From NCBI GenBank assembly GCA_965215185.1, contig OZ244034.1, positions 1,216,001 to 1,280,000 on the forward strand: a DNA stretch of 64,000 nt, written 5' to 3'. The notes below the pieces were generated by a model. The model was not told the origin of the DNA. It saw only the letters and a list, made by a program, of their open reading frames with translations, and searched no databases. Of the stretch, positions 53,298-63,928 are shown one piece after another; position 1 is the first letter of the stretch; each line of letters opens with the position of its first letter. A program made the translations under genes and the position numbers. Origin of the DNA: Acidimicrobiia bacterium. Its GTDB lineage: Bacteria > Actinomycetota > Acidimicrobiia > Spongiisociales > ZC4RG35.

Positions 53298-53705
53298 GGA
53301 ATTCCCCGGATGTCGGCTGTTTTCGCGCTGTTTTCGCCTTTTTTGCGCTCCAAACGGCGCGCGGACCGCGCTGGGAAGCGCCCTGTTCCGACGCAATTGC
53401 CCCGATTTGTGCGCCCGGGCCCCCCACTTTGTTGCGCCAAACCGCCAATTTTGTACACAAAACGGCCCTGGACCCCCCGAAATGGGCGATCGTCCCGGTT
53501 TTCGCCGATCTACGGCGGGCGTCGAGTCGTCGTTCCAAAAACGAAAGGGTCGGCACCCGCCGGCGCGGCTCCCGAAAAGGCCGCCGAGATGGCTCCCGAA
53601 ATGCCGACTTGAGGCCAGTTGAAATATCCGACCGGTGTGGTCAATGCCACCCGGGTTATGCTGGATTGCGGCAACCTCTGTATATGTAACTCGGAGCATG
53701 ACGAT

Positions 53706-53960
53706 ATGACAAATAGCGCGACTTTGGAAAACCTGTCTCCGAGTAGAGCGTCGGATTTCAAAACTTGCCCGCAGCTATTCAAGTTTCGCCACATAGACAA
53801 GATACCCTCCCCACCCACTGCTGCCCAGACAAGGGGCCTGGCGATTCATTCGGCACTGGAGGATCTATTCGATCTCGAAGCCCCACAGAGGGGGAAGGAG
53901 CAACTCCTGCGCCTGGTGGTGGAGGCTTGCGAGAAAACTTTGGCCAAGGATTCGTTCGGG
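53706..53960 (+). pseudogene. RecB-family PD-(D/E)XK nuclease N-terminal fragment
   Basis: LSPSRASDFKTCP..GLAIHSALE then loses similarity. Confidence 0.75.
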
Positions 53961-54049
53961 GAGGGATCAGCAGGCAGGGCGGGCGGTTACCCCGTGATCG
54001 ATCTTGCGGGGCAGTAGCCGACCAGCGGGAGCGGCGCTGAAAACACCGT

Positions 54050-54215
54050 GAGACACCACCACCATCCCCGACGCGTCAATGACCCGACCGACTTCGCCAA
54101 CCAAAACACTCGACTCGGTCACAGCCACGATCTTTTCCCCCCTCACCGCCACGTCCCACACCCCAACACCCATCGGTGTAACAACTTCCCCACCTCGAAT
54201 GACCAGATCCAACAT
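54050..54215 (-). pseudogene. amidohydrolase (dihydropyrimidinase/dihydroorotase-like) N-terminal fragment
   Basis: MLDLVIRGGEVV..DVAVRGEKI..IDASG, stops before PG..DxHxH. Confidence 0.75.
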
Positions 54216-54919
54216 TTTTAGGCTCGGACCTCTTACTAGGCGATCAGGACCAAGGCAGTCACAGTTGCCGCTGACGTGGCGAGACTGGCCGGGTCATCGT
54301 ATGGCATCGAACGCCAAGCCTACTCCCCAAACAGCAGACACGACACCCCCGGTCAAACAAGAAAAAGCATCACCAACCAGGCTCTACGGTGTCTCTGGCC
54401 AACTCGAAAAGTTCCTCTCATCAGCAGCATCCGCCACTTTGTGGGGATCATTTCCCCCGGGGGAAGGAGAAGCCCACCAATGTCTACCTGGGGGTTTACA
54501 AGGACTCATATCCAGGAAGCCCACGTCTCCCGCGCCTACCAAACCCAAACGAGGCAGCAATAACACAACTTTCGGTACCGAAACTGATAACCAGTATGGT
54601 CAAAAGGCCTCTGACTTGGGAAACGCCCCTCTTCCAGGTGGAGGTGACTTTGGGCAACAATCGCCGCTTTCAAGTTCCTGACCCTTACCGCAACCAGAAG
54701 CGGTGAAGTCAGACACGCCACATGAACAGAGATCGACCTCACCACAGCAATCTGGACCATCCCCGCTGAACACAGCAAATACACCGGATGCCATTGAGCA
54801 GCGGGGCATTGGCCGTCCTCGACACAGCACACCCACTATCCGGCAGCGATGGCCTGGTCTTCCCCTCGCCTACCCGACGGCCGATCAGCAACGCCACTAT
54901 GAGCAAACTCTGCGAGGAA

Positions 54920-55119
54920 ACAATGTGGGTTGTGTGCCACACGGGATGAGAAGCTCGTTTCGGGACTGGCGCGGAGAAACCGGTGTTAGCAGCGAAGTCG
55001 CGGAACGGGCCCTCGGTCACGAAATCCGAAACGCTGTAGAAAAAGCCTACGCCAGAACCGACCTGCTAGAACGACGCCGCCAACTGATGGAAAACTGGAG
55101 CCACTACCTAAACATCTGA
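54920..55119 (+). pseudogene. P4-like tyrosine integrase C-terminal fragment
   Basis: HGMRSSFRDW, ALGH, AYARTDLLERRR..W. Confidence 0.85.
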
Positions 55120-55629
55120 AGGGCAAACCATTCCATGGCACCGATTGGGTCAGACGGCTCGATTGGTAGCACGTTTTAGAAGGCCTCGGGATCGATAAAA
55201 GGCGACTCTTCCTAACAGCTTCGACACCCAGGGCTGTTCTCAACCAACCCTCTACAAAACCGGGGCGACTCAATTTGGCAAAATGATCAGAGCGACAAAA
55301 GACAAACCGTCAAAGTGGGCAGTAGCCATTGGGGAGATGAACACGGTGTTGATGATGTTTCAAACCGTATGGGAGTCGCAAAACGACAGGCAAGGCACTA
55401 ATGACACCAGTCGGCCAACTAACGTGACACGACCGGACACAGAGGCCGCCCTGCACTTCAGTGCTGGAGCGGTGCGGGTGGGGGCAGGTTCTTTCTCTCT
55501 TGCAGGAGGTGGGCACTATCCGGTTTGGAGGGCGCTGGTTTTGGTCGGCTGGCGTGTGGTTAGACACCATTGGTCTCGTCCCGTGGGGTGTCGGTTCCTC
55601 GTCTTCTGGTGGGCTGGTGTAAGTTGCCT

Positions 55630-55726
55630 CTGGCAGATTCTCGACCCAGGCCAGGATCGAATCGAGAGGCCAGCGGACTGTTCGGAATCCTATCTTGGGC
55701 GGTTTTGGGAACTCCCCAGCTGCCAT
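55630..55726 (-). pseudogene. AlpA-like excisionase/regulator fragment
   Basis: GEFPKPPKIGFRTVRW..ILAW. Confidence 0.7.
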
Positions 55727-55809
55727 TAGCCGGTACAGTTGCGATTTCTTGAGGCTTGTGATTTCCAGGACATCGCGTAGTGGTAGCAGTTGCCCTATTG
55801 GGCCGAGCG

Positions 55810-55930
55810 TTAGAGCCGTTTCCCACCCCTATCTGGCACCAGAACCTGAAACCGCCCACCGTGTCAAACAGCGCACCGCCGCGGTCATGAAATGGTGCAT
55901 CGCCCAGGGCTTCTGAGAAGACAATCCCAG
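55810..55930 (+). pseudogene. P4-like integrase central fragment
   Basis: PIWHQ / PETAHRVKQR..VMKW..AQG*EDNP across frameshift and stop. Confidence 0.65.
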
Positions 55931-56033
55931 GCACGGAAGCCAAGATACAGGCGCGATACACGTTTTTTGGAGGCCCGGAATTTTCGGCCAACGCCTATAA
56001 CATTTGAAAGGGTTTACTACCACGAGGCTTTGA

Positions 56034-56830
56034 ATGCCGCTGGACCGATTGATCGATGAACTTGACCGCCATGTCACCCGCCTTGATGAACAGGGGATGG
56101 CCAAGGGCGGGGAACTGGTGGTAAGACAGGTCGTCGGTCCCGAGAGGGAGCGAGGCCCCAGATACTTGCTTGAGGGCCACGGGAACCGTGCTTTCATCCG
56201 GATGAACTCCAACTCCTACCTGGGGTTGGCGTTGCATCCCGAAGTGATCCGGGCTGAACAGGTCACCGCCCGGGCGATGGGAACCGGACCCGGAGGGGTG
56301 CGGTTCATCGTGGGGACCCACACTCCCCATGTGAAACTGGAGCATGGCTTGGCCGCCTTCCACGGGCGAGAGGAAGGGATGATCTTCTCCTCCGCCTACG
56401 CCGCCGTGCTAGGAACCCTGGTTTCCCTCATCGACCCGACCACCACAGTGATCTCCGACGAACTCAACCACAACTCCATAATCAACGCCATCCGCCTCGC
56501 CCGGCCTCTAAGCAAGTCCGTCTACCCGCATCTGGACATGGCGGCTCTTGATCATCAACTTGCCGAGGCGGCCGGGCGGGCAAAACGGGCGATAGTCGTG
56601 ACCGACGGCATCTTCTCCATGCGCGGAGACCACGCTCCACTGGACCAGATCATGGACATCGCCCGTCGCCACGATCACAGCTTCCCCGAAAACGTGGTGG
56701 TGGTCGTAGACGACTCGCACGGAGTGGGCGCCTTCGGCCCCACCGGCCGGGGCACCGAAGAACACACGGGGAGCCCGCCCGCCGACATACTCATCGGCAC
56801 CCTGGGAAAGGCCCTGGCAGTCAACGGGTG
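56034..56830 (+). pseudogene. glycine C-acetyltransferase/AONS-family PLP enzyme, C-terminally truncated
   Basis: NSYLGL, SDELNHNSI, DGIFSM, DDSHG, GTLGKA; similarity ends immediately after. Confidence 0.8.
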
Positions 56831-57060
56831 TGTCCTTCTTCGTTTTGCTTGGCAACACCCAGCAGGTAGGTCGAGCCGCAACGGTGGCAAATGCCGGTCT
56901 CGAACATCACGGACTTTTGGTTTCTTATGGCGCAACCCTGGCAAGTTTTGCGACGTTCTAAGAACATCCATGACATCTCCGGCGGGTGTCTGGGGGACTG
57001 GCATGTGAAAGCCCCTTCGAGTGCCCGTAGGACGAAGTGATAGCGGGCGGGGATCAAGGG
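56830..57060 (-). pseudogene. Zn-ribbon insert fragment of a large DEAD/DUF1998-type helicase
   Basis: LIPARYHFVLRALEGAFTC..CQGC..CHRCG pattern recognised by eye. Confidence 0.55.
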
Positions 57061-57370
57061 CGGGATTCCGCCATGACTCCAATGAATCTGTGCTGGACCG
57101 GCCATGGTGCGGACTTCGTCGATCCTGACGGGACGCTTGTAGCGTTCGATCCCTCGGCACAGGACACCACCTCCTCAGCTGCGCTGCTCGTACGCCAAGA
57201 TAACCTCCAGCGGTTCCTCGACATGTCGGGATCGGCTCTAGTCTGGAGGATATTGGGCGAGAAGCGTGCTTTCGGCCCCGGAGACTGGGGGGAAGCATGG
57301 GCACAGGCTTCCTGCGGCTTACAGGCGCTTCTTCATACGGATCTAGCGGCCTCAAGGGCTACCTGAACAC
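57060..57370 (+). pseudogene. C-terminal fragment resembling STAND/Avs2-type ATPases
   Basis: FDPS..ALLVRQDNLQRFL..LVWRILGEK recognised by eye. Confidence 0.5.
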
Positions 57371-57385
57371 ACCTCGAAGGCCGCC

Positions 57386-57616
57386 ATGGGCTTGACCATC
57401 GCCCTTCTATCACTGGGACTGTTCTCCTCCAACTTCGGCGCCGGCCAGGCGGCGTTGGCCAACCTGACTATCGCCACCCTGGCTGGTACCGGTATCCGCA
57501 TGGCACTGCGCAGAATGGGGTTCGACCCGGCGCTGGCCTCCAGTATCTTTTTGACCCTTATCACCGACGTGGTGGGGTTCGGAGGCTTCCTGATGGTGGC
57601 CGCCGTCTTGCTATGA
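57386..57616 (+). pseudogene. MgtE magnesium transporter C-terminal fragment
   Basis: GFDPALASSIFLTLITDVVGF. Confidence 0.8.
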
Positions 57617-57777
57617 GATAGGGCGACGTGAGGGAGCTCCCCAAGCCAGCTATATACTGACACGATGTCTCGTTGCGTAGTAGGTCAAGGTATCCCCCGG
57701 TTGGGACTGCTGATATCCTGACCCCTCTGCCCAGAGGACAATGAAGACAACGAACTATCAACGAAGGGGTCCCCAGC

Positions 57778-58263
57778 ATGGAAATGTCGGTCGTTCTTGA
57801 CAACGGCGAAGAATACACATTAGCTCGTCCGGCCAAGCGTTTGGGCGCTAGAGCCTTGGATGGCATCATAGCTTTGATACTGTTGTATGTCGTTGCTTTA
57901 CCCGCTTTCATCGCTCTGTTGGTGTTGATTGCATACGAAGTATGGCTGATGAAGGCTTACGGGCAGACCCTTGGTAAACGAATCGTCGGAATAAAGGTGA
58001 TCCGGATCGACAATGGTGAACTGCTGTCCTGGGACCAGTCGATTCAGAGGTTCCTAGTACCAAATGCGCCAGGTCTAGCGGCGCTGGCTTTGCAATGGTT
58101 ATTGCTGCTAGCAGGCGCCTTGGGCCTCTCGTTAGCCGTCGGTGTACTCGGTAGTCTGTACGCACCAGTAATAGCCATATTCATTTACGCCACTGTTCTC
58201 GGCGATGACCGGCGTCAAGGCTGGCACGACAAGCGGGTTTCATCAGTAGTGGTGACAGTTTGA
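57778..58263 (+). CDS. RDD family membrane protein
   Basis: RLGARALD, GQTLGKRIVGIKV, RQGWHDK. Confidence 0.9.
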   Translation: MEMSVVLDNGEEYTLARPAKRLGARALDGIIALILLYVVALPAFIALLVLIAYEVWLMKAYGQTLGKRIVGIKVIRIDNGELLSWDQSIQRFLVPNAPGLAALALQWLLLLAGALGLSLAVGVLGSLYAPVIAIFIYATVLGDDRRQGWHDKRVSSVVVTV

Positions 58264-58438
58264 AAACGGACCCTAAGAAGCTATTCAATAGGGGAGGGAT
58301 ACTAGGACAACGCTCTCTATTGGATACGGTGTGCACTAACCGGCAACGTGTTCTTTCAGAATCATTCAGGAGCGAATTCCTGTGGGGCAACGTCAGCCTC
58401 CCTTTGACATCAAAGCGGCCTCAGAGAAGATTAGAAAG

Positions 58439-61400
58439 ATGAGCTTCCAACAATGGAAATGGGTGTTGGCCGTGGCCATTGTTGCCCTAGCGGCAGGAGT
58501 GGTTTGGGTAACGTTCGGTGGCTTGGATGGGGATGACTTTGGGAGCGCCGATGTTGGCCCTGACACGCAGAGCAGCGACGTTGACCCTGACACGCAGAGC
58601 AGCGATGTCGACCAGCCTGCTGCTATCTCCGCAGACCCTGCTCCGGAGATTCCCCTGTTCGATCCTTTCACCACCCCAACCCTGTCGGATATCGACTTGC
58701 AGCGTCTGGCGGCAGCGGTCGCCACGCTTGATCCGGACGCGGCGTGCCCCGAGCCTGTTCCTATTAACTCGATTGAAGACGTGGCGGAGGTGGTGCGAAT
58801 CGCCGGGGGATGTCTGATAGTCGAATATGTGCCTCTTGGTGGGGGAAGCGTCGAAGAGGTACGGGAAAGGCTGGCGTTTGATCCCCAGGTTCACGCCGTT
58901 GGCGTGCCCATTTGGGAGGTGTGGCCGACACAGGCTGACACATACAGCAACGACCCCCAGTCAGAAGAGCAGTGGCACCTACCGAAGTTAAAAGCCAAGG
59001 AACTTTGGCAGGGTTGGCCTGAGGGAGCGGAAGTCACGGTGGCCGTTATCGACTCGGGTGTAGACGGTGATCACGGTGACCTTCAGCACAGCGTGATCAA
59101 AAACATCGGCAGCGACCCTGCTTGCCACTCCAAGGATACAGACGGGCATGGAACCCACGTTGCGGGGATCATCGCCGCCGCGGTGGACAACGGGTACGGC
59201 GTGGCCGGGGTAGCGCCGCAGGCAAAGATTCTGCCGATAAAGATGCTATACGGTACGTGCAATGACATCAAGTCGATGACGACCGCCGTTGCCAGAGCGA
59301 TACAGGAGGGAGCGGACGTGATCAACCTCTCGGTGGTATGGCGGGTTGGCAAAGAGGGCCGTGGGGGTTCAGATGACCCATTTGAAGCAGCCATTCGGAG
59401 CGCATTGATGCGCGACATCGTTGTTGTTGCATCGGCAGGGAATTGTGGGAATCCCAGGTTTCTAGATAGCCCTTGCCAGGGTGTTGTCAACGTGGTCCAC
59501 CCGCCAGCTATGTACCCAGGCATCATATCGGTGGCTGCAACGAACAGCTACGATGATCGGGCCCATTTCAGCACGGTCGCCGACCATGTCGGCATAGCTG
59601 CTCCGGGAGGATCGGCGCTTGGCGATTTTGACGGCGAGATCAGGCCGTTGGATTTCTCTGACTATGACGACAATCATGAGTTGGTTGGGGGCAGACCTAT
59701 GACCGAGGACGACATTCTGTCAACCGTCCCACACCATTGTCCGAGCGGATCTGATAGCTGTACTGACACCGGTACCAAGCAGGGGACATCCATGGCGGCG
59801 CCGGTCATTAGTGCGGTGGTGGCGCATATGAAGGCCCGTTACCCGAAGGCGTCGGTCACCGAGATCCACCAAGCCTTATATACGACGGCTTGGAATCCCG
59901 ACTCCGATCGGCGGACCCCGCAGTTGGGATGGGGGATCGTTCAACCTCTGAATGCTTTGAACCGTCTTGACGAATTGTTCCACTCCTGCCCCGAGGATTC
60001 CGGCAGTGGCGGGCTGCTGGCCTACCAGGTGGAGGTCGACATCTCCAACAATGTTGGTGAGAGACGGGACGTTTGGACCATAGACGCATCAACCGGGGAG
60101 GAACGTTGCCGCCGCGCGCACAATGCGTGGCAACCGGCGTGGTCACCGGACGGTGCTCATCTGGCGTTCGTCCACAAGCAGTCGCCGGAGAGTGACGACG
60201 ATATCTGGGTGATGGACTCCGACGCCATCAACTGGCGGAACCTCACCGACAACGAATCTGCCGAGTTCCAACCCGCATGGTCACCCGACGGCGCCAAGAT
60301 CGCCTTCGTCAGCCACCAGACCGGAAATCCCGATATCTGGGTTGTAAACGCAGACGGGACCAACCGGCGAAACCTCACCAATCATCCTGCATTAGATGCA
60401 ACCCCGGCTTGGTCACCTGATGGCACCAAGATCGCGTTTGTCAGCAAACGCGACGGGGGTGACCACGACATCTGGGTGATGAACGCGGACGGAACCAATC
60501 CCCACAACCTCCACAATAACAACGACGAGGAGACCCAGCCCACATGGTCGCCCGATGGCACCAAGATTGCCTTCGTTCACGACCAAGACGAACCGGGACT
60601 GTTCGACGACGATATCTGGGTGATGGATGCCGATGGGAATAACTGGCGCAACCTCACCGACGATCCGGCATCAGACGCAGAGCCGGCTTGGTCACCTGAT
60701 GGCACCAAGATCGCATTCACCAGTGACCGCGATGGTGATGAAGACATATGGATCATCAACGCCGATGGCAGCAGCCCCTTCAACCTGACAAATACCGATG
60801 ATCAAAACGAAAGCCATCCCTCCTGGTCAGTGGCCAGTGAATCGAACCAGACAGAACTTCCAGAAGGCGGAGATCCCACAGGCGCCCAACCACCTGGGGA
60901 TCAGGTGCAGCCGACGGAATTGCTGGCGGAGAAGATCGCCTTTGTCAGTTACGGCGTCATTTATGTGGCAAATCCTGACAGCTCCGAGTCTCAGCGACTC
61001 ACGCCCGACAACACCAATCAGGGAGACGAGTTCGTGGGCGACTTCAATCTTGCCTGGTACGACTCCGACCCGAAATGGTCGCCTGATGGAACCAGAATCC
61101 TCTTCAGCAGCACTCGCACGGGTGAAGACGAAGTGTTCGTCATAGACGCCGACGGTCAGAATGTTCAGCAACTGACGACATCGGGCGGCAATAGTCCCAG
61201 TTGGTCTCCGGATGGCACCCGGATCGTGTTTGCACGAGTCGGAACCTACTTCACGAGTAAATGGCGGTACAACTTCGATGATTCCGAGAACGTCTTCATC
61301 ATGGACGCCGATGGAACTGCCATCCAGAGGCTGACGTATTCTGGAGGCTCCACCCCGAGTTGGTCCCCCGATGGCAGGCTGATTGCCTTTCACAGAGTTG

Positions 61401-62629
61401 TCGACGGGAGCAGCCAAGTCTTCGTAATGGCTCCCGACGGCTCCGACGTGAGGCAACTCACCGCGTCCGGCGGCTGGGATGCGAGTTGGTCTCCTGACGG
61501 CAGACAGCTCGTCTTCAACAGTGGAGGCGACACCTACTCCTACGACAGCGAGATCCTTGTGATCAACCGGGATGGCTCCGACGTCCGCCAGTTGACCTCC
61601 TTTGGTGGCTCCAACGCCCATTGGTCCCCCGACGGCCAGCGCATAATCTTCGAGAGCCAACATCTCTATGACGAGCCGATCACCGATATCTATGCGCAGG
61701 TCGAAAGCAGCGGCATCCTGTCGATGAGAATCGACGGCAGCGAGGTCATTCGCATTGCTGACGGTGCTTACTCACCTGTGTGGTCACCTTCTACTTGGCG
61801 CGGCAGTCCCGCCAACCAGCAGACTCCACATCTGAAGCAGATCACGGTCGGTGATCATCACTCGTGTGGGTTGGAAACAGACGGGAGGGTGGTGTGTTGG
61901 GGAAACAACGACTTTGGCCAAGCATCACCACCCAATCTATTGTTTGCTGTTCTTGAGGCGGGAAACTTCCACTCGTGCGGGGTAGATACCGGCGGTGCTG
62001 TCCGATGCTGGGGCGACAATTATGACGGCGAATCGTCCCCACCCTCCGGTACATTCACAGCTGTGACAGCCGGCTTCGGCCACTCTTGCGCCTTACAGCC
62101 CGGAGGGGCAGTGACCTGTTGGGGAGGCAACTACGAAGGCGAGTCATCGCCTCCCGCAGGCAGCTTCACTCACATTGCCGCGGGTAGCTACTACACATGC
62201 GGCGTGCTTTCCGACGGCAAAATCACGTGCTGGGGAGTCGACAATCTCGGTCAGTCATCTCCCCCTGAGGGCAGGTTCACCAGTGTGTCGAGTGGTGATT
62301 CCCATTCGTGCGCGTTGCGAACCGACAACGCGGTAGTGTGCTGGGGCAACAACGATGAGGGACAAACATCCCCTGCCCAAGGTTCCTTCAAGGCCATCGC
62401 GGTGGAGTCGTATCGTTCGTGTGCCTTGCGGAGTGACGGTGCGGTGGTGTGCTGGGGGAGGGATTACGGCGATGGAACATCCCCTCCGCCGGAGGACGTG
62501 TTCGAAACTATTGTCTCCGGGCACGGCCACTCATGTGGGTTGGATTCCACAGGCGATGTGACGTGCTGGGGCTACAACGGTTCGGGTGCCGCGGAACCTC
62601 CTCCCGAACTGTTCAACTCAGAATCGTAA
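58439..62629 (+). CDS. membrane-anchored S8 subtilase with two PD40 propellers and RCC1-like repeats
   Basis: VAVIDSG, HGTHVAG, SAGN, GTSMAAP; ~11 WSPDG repeats; ~7 CWG RCC1-like repeats; start MSFQQW inferred. Confidence 0.9.
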   Translation: MSFQQWKWVLAVAIVALAAGVVWVTFGGLDGDDFGSADVGPDTQSSDVDPDTQSSDVDQPAAISADPAPEIPLFDPFTTPTLSDIDLQRLAAAVATLDPDAACPEPVPINSIEDVAEVVRIAGGCLIVEYVPLGGGSVEEVRERLAFDPQVHAVGVPIWEVWPTQADTYSNDPQSEEQWHLPKLKAKELWQGWPEGAEVTVAVIDSGVDGDHGDLQHSVIKNIGSDPACHSKDTDGHGTHVAGIIAAAVDNGYGVAGVAPQAKILPIKMLYGTCNDIKSMTTAVARAIQEGADVINLSVVWRVGKEGRGGSDDPFEAAIRSALMRDIVVVASAGNCGNPRFLDSPCQGVVNVVHPPAMYPGIISVAATNSYDDRAHFSTVADHVGIAAPGGSALGDFDGEIRPLDFSDYDDNHELVGGRPMTEDDILSTVPHHCPSGSDSCTDTGTKQGTSMAAPVISAVVAHMKARYPKASVTEIHQALYTTAWNPDSDRRTPQLGWGIVQPLNALNRLDELFHSCPEDSGSGGLLAYQVEVDISNNVGERRDVWTIDASTGEERCRRAHNAWQPAWSPDGAHLAFVHKQSPESDDDIWVMDSDAINWRNLTDNESAEFQPAWSPDGAKIAFVSHQTGNPDIWVVNADGTNRRNLTNHPALDATPAWSPDGTKIAFVSKRDGGDHDIWVMNADGTNPHNLHNNNDEETQPTWSPDGTKIAFVHDQDEPGLFDDDIWVMDADGNNWRNLTDDPASDAEPAWSPDGTKIAFTSDRDGDEDIWIINADGSSPFNLTNTDDQNESHPSWSVASESNQTELPEGGDPTGAQPPGDQVQPTELLAEKIAFVSYGVIYVANPDSSESQRLTPDNTNQGDEFVGDFNLAWYDSDPKWSPDGTRILFSSTRTGEDEVFVIDADGQNVQQLTTSGGNSPSWSPDGTRIVFARVGTYFTSKWRYNFDDSENVFIMDADGTAIQRLTYSGGSTPSWSPDGRLIAFHRVVDGSSQVFVMAPDGSDVRQLTASGGWDASWSPDGRQLVFNSGGDTYSYDSEILVINRDGSDVRQLTSFGGSNAHWSPDGQRIIFESQHLYDEPITDIYAQVESSGILSMRIDGSEVIRIADGAYSPVWSPSTWRGSPANQQTPHLKQITVGDHHSCGLETDGRVVCWGNNDFGQASPPNLLFAVLEAGNFHSCGVDTGGAVRCWGDNYDGESSPPSGTFTAVTAGFGHSCALQPGGAVTCWGGNYEGESSPPAGSFTHIAAGSYYTCGVLSDGKITCWGVDNLGQSSPPEGRFTSVSSGDSHSCALRTDNAVVCWGNNDEGQTSPAQGSFKAIAVESYRSCALRSDGAVVCWGRDYGDGTSPPPEDVFETIVSGHGHSCGLDSTGDVTCWGYNGSGAAEPPPELFNSES
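58546..58612 (+). repeat. 27-bp tandem repeat (DVxPDTQSS) in protease N-terminus
   Basis: CCCTGACACGCAGAGCAGCGA present twice, partial third unit. Confidence 0.8.
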
Positions 62630-62698
62630 CCATTCCAACTAGGGCAGACAGCAACGTCTCGGACAGCATCAGCGACTGGTTTACAGTTGCGTTTTGGT

Positions 62699-63928
62699 CT
62701 ATTTGCTGAGTTGCTGTTGATTGGTACCGTCGGCGTTCACGATTCGAATGTGTCCGCCCCAGTAGTTGTAGGCCAACTTAGAGCCGTCGTCTGACCACGC
62801 CGGGGGGACTGCACCTCCGGTGGTGAGTTGCCGTTGGTTGGTTCCGTCAGCGCTCATCGTCCAGATCCCGTTGTTCGCGTAGGCCAGTTTGGAGCCGTCC
62901 GGCGACCACGCCGGCCCTTCACCTCTGGCAAGTTGTTGCGGGTTAGTACCGTCGGAGTTAACCACCCAGACCGCGTAATAAAAGGAACTCGCCCCGACAT
63001 AAATGTTCCGCCCGTAGGCGACTCTGGTGCCGTCAGGCGACCATGCAGGCCCGTTCCCGTCGGTCGTGAGTTGTCTCTGGTTGCTGCCATCAGTGTTGAT
63101 CACCCAGATCCCGTTGTCTATGTAGGCGATCTTGGTGCCATCCGGTGACCAGATAGGGCCGCCCCCGTTGGTAGTGAGTTGTTGTTGGTTGGTACCGTCA
63201 GCGTTCATCGTCCAGACTCCCTGGTTGCTGTAGGCGATTTTGGTGCTATCGGGCGACCATGCCGGACTGTACCCCTGGGCGGCGTATTGCGGGTTGCTAC
63301 CGTCAGCATCCAAAGTCCATATCTCACCAATCTCCCGGTAGGCGATCTTGGTTTCATCCGGTGACCACCTGACCGTGCCCACAAAAAGAAATAGGCGTTG
63401 GTTGGTACCGTCGGCGTTGATTAGCTGAACCTGGTTTCCGTCGGCGTAGGAGATACGGATTCCCCCAGCTAACCAGACTGGCGGTTGGTGGTAAAGCGAC
63501 CCGGAGCCTTCTTCTTCTCTCCCGAGGTCCAGAACACAGGTGGTGTACTGGTAGGGAGACTGCACAGTTTGAGAAACCTTCACATTGCTTACAGTTACGG
63601 TGTAACAATGGTCTCCATCCGAAGGCTCGGAAAATGGAATAGAGTCGACACCCCGATACATGGACCAAACGATCGTATCTTCAGGAGCGCTGGCGCTGGT
63701 CCGCGCGATGACTGCTATCGGGACAGAGCCATGCTGGTCCGTGACCGTGACTGTTGCCGTGGAAATCGGCGTCCAGAAGAGAAAAGGACCATCGACCCCA
63801 CACTGTTTCCGCAGGGACATAACCTGGAGGAGCCCACGCCACAAGACCCCGCGCCTCCCTGACATCAGGACGAGTTCCCCAAAGATTGTCATCAAGTACG
63901 TAAAGGGCGTTAGCCCCAGTCTGACCAA
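62699..63928 (-). CDS. PD40/TolB-like beta-propeller protein (5' end uncertain)
   Basis: ~6 WSPD..IAY..NADGTNQ repeats. Confidence 0.8.
   Translation of the reverse strand: MVRLGLTPFTYLMTIFGELVLMSGRRGVLWRGLLQVMSLRKQCGVDGPFLFWTPISTATVTVTDQHGSVPIAVIARTSASAPEDTIVWSMYRGVDSIPFSEPSDGDHCYTVTVSNVKVSQTVQSPYQYTTCVLDLGREEEGSGSLYHQPPVWLAGGIRISYADGNQVQLINADGTNQRLFLFVGTVRWSPDETKIAYREIGEIWTLDADGSNPQYAAQGYSPAWSPDSTKIAYSNQGVWTMNADGTNQQQLTTNGGGPIWSPDGTKIAYIDNGIWVINTDGSNQRQLTTDGNGPAWSPDGTRVAYGRNIYVGASSFYYAVWVVNSDGTNPQQLARGEGPAWSPDGSKLAYANNGIWTMSADGTNQRQLTTGGAVPPAWSDDGSKLAYNYWGGHIRIVNADGTNQQQLSK

Noticed and set aside
54920-55930. Functional prophage or ICE
   Set aside because: Only broken integrase and AlpA pieces; no structural, replication or conjugation genes.
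49305-57616. Integron-like cassette array explaining the fragments
   Set aside because: No attC-like or other recurring junction sequence found by eye, and the pieces are partial genes on both strands.
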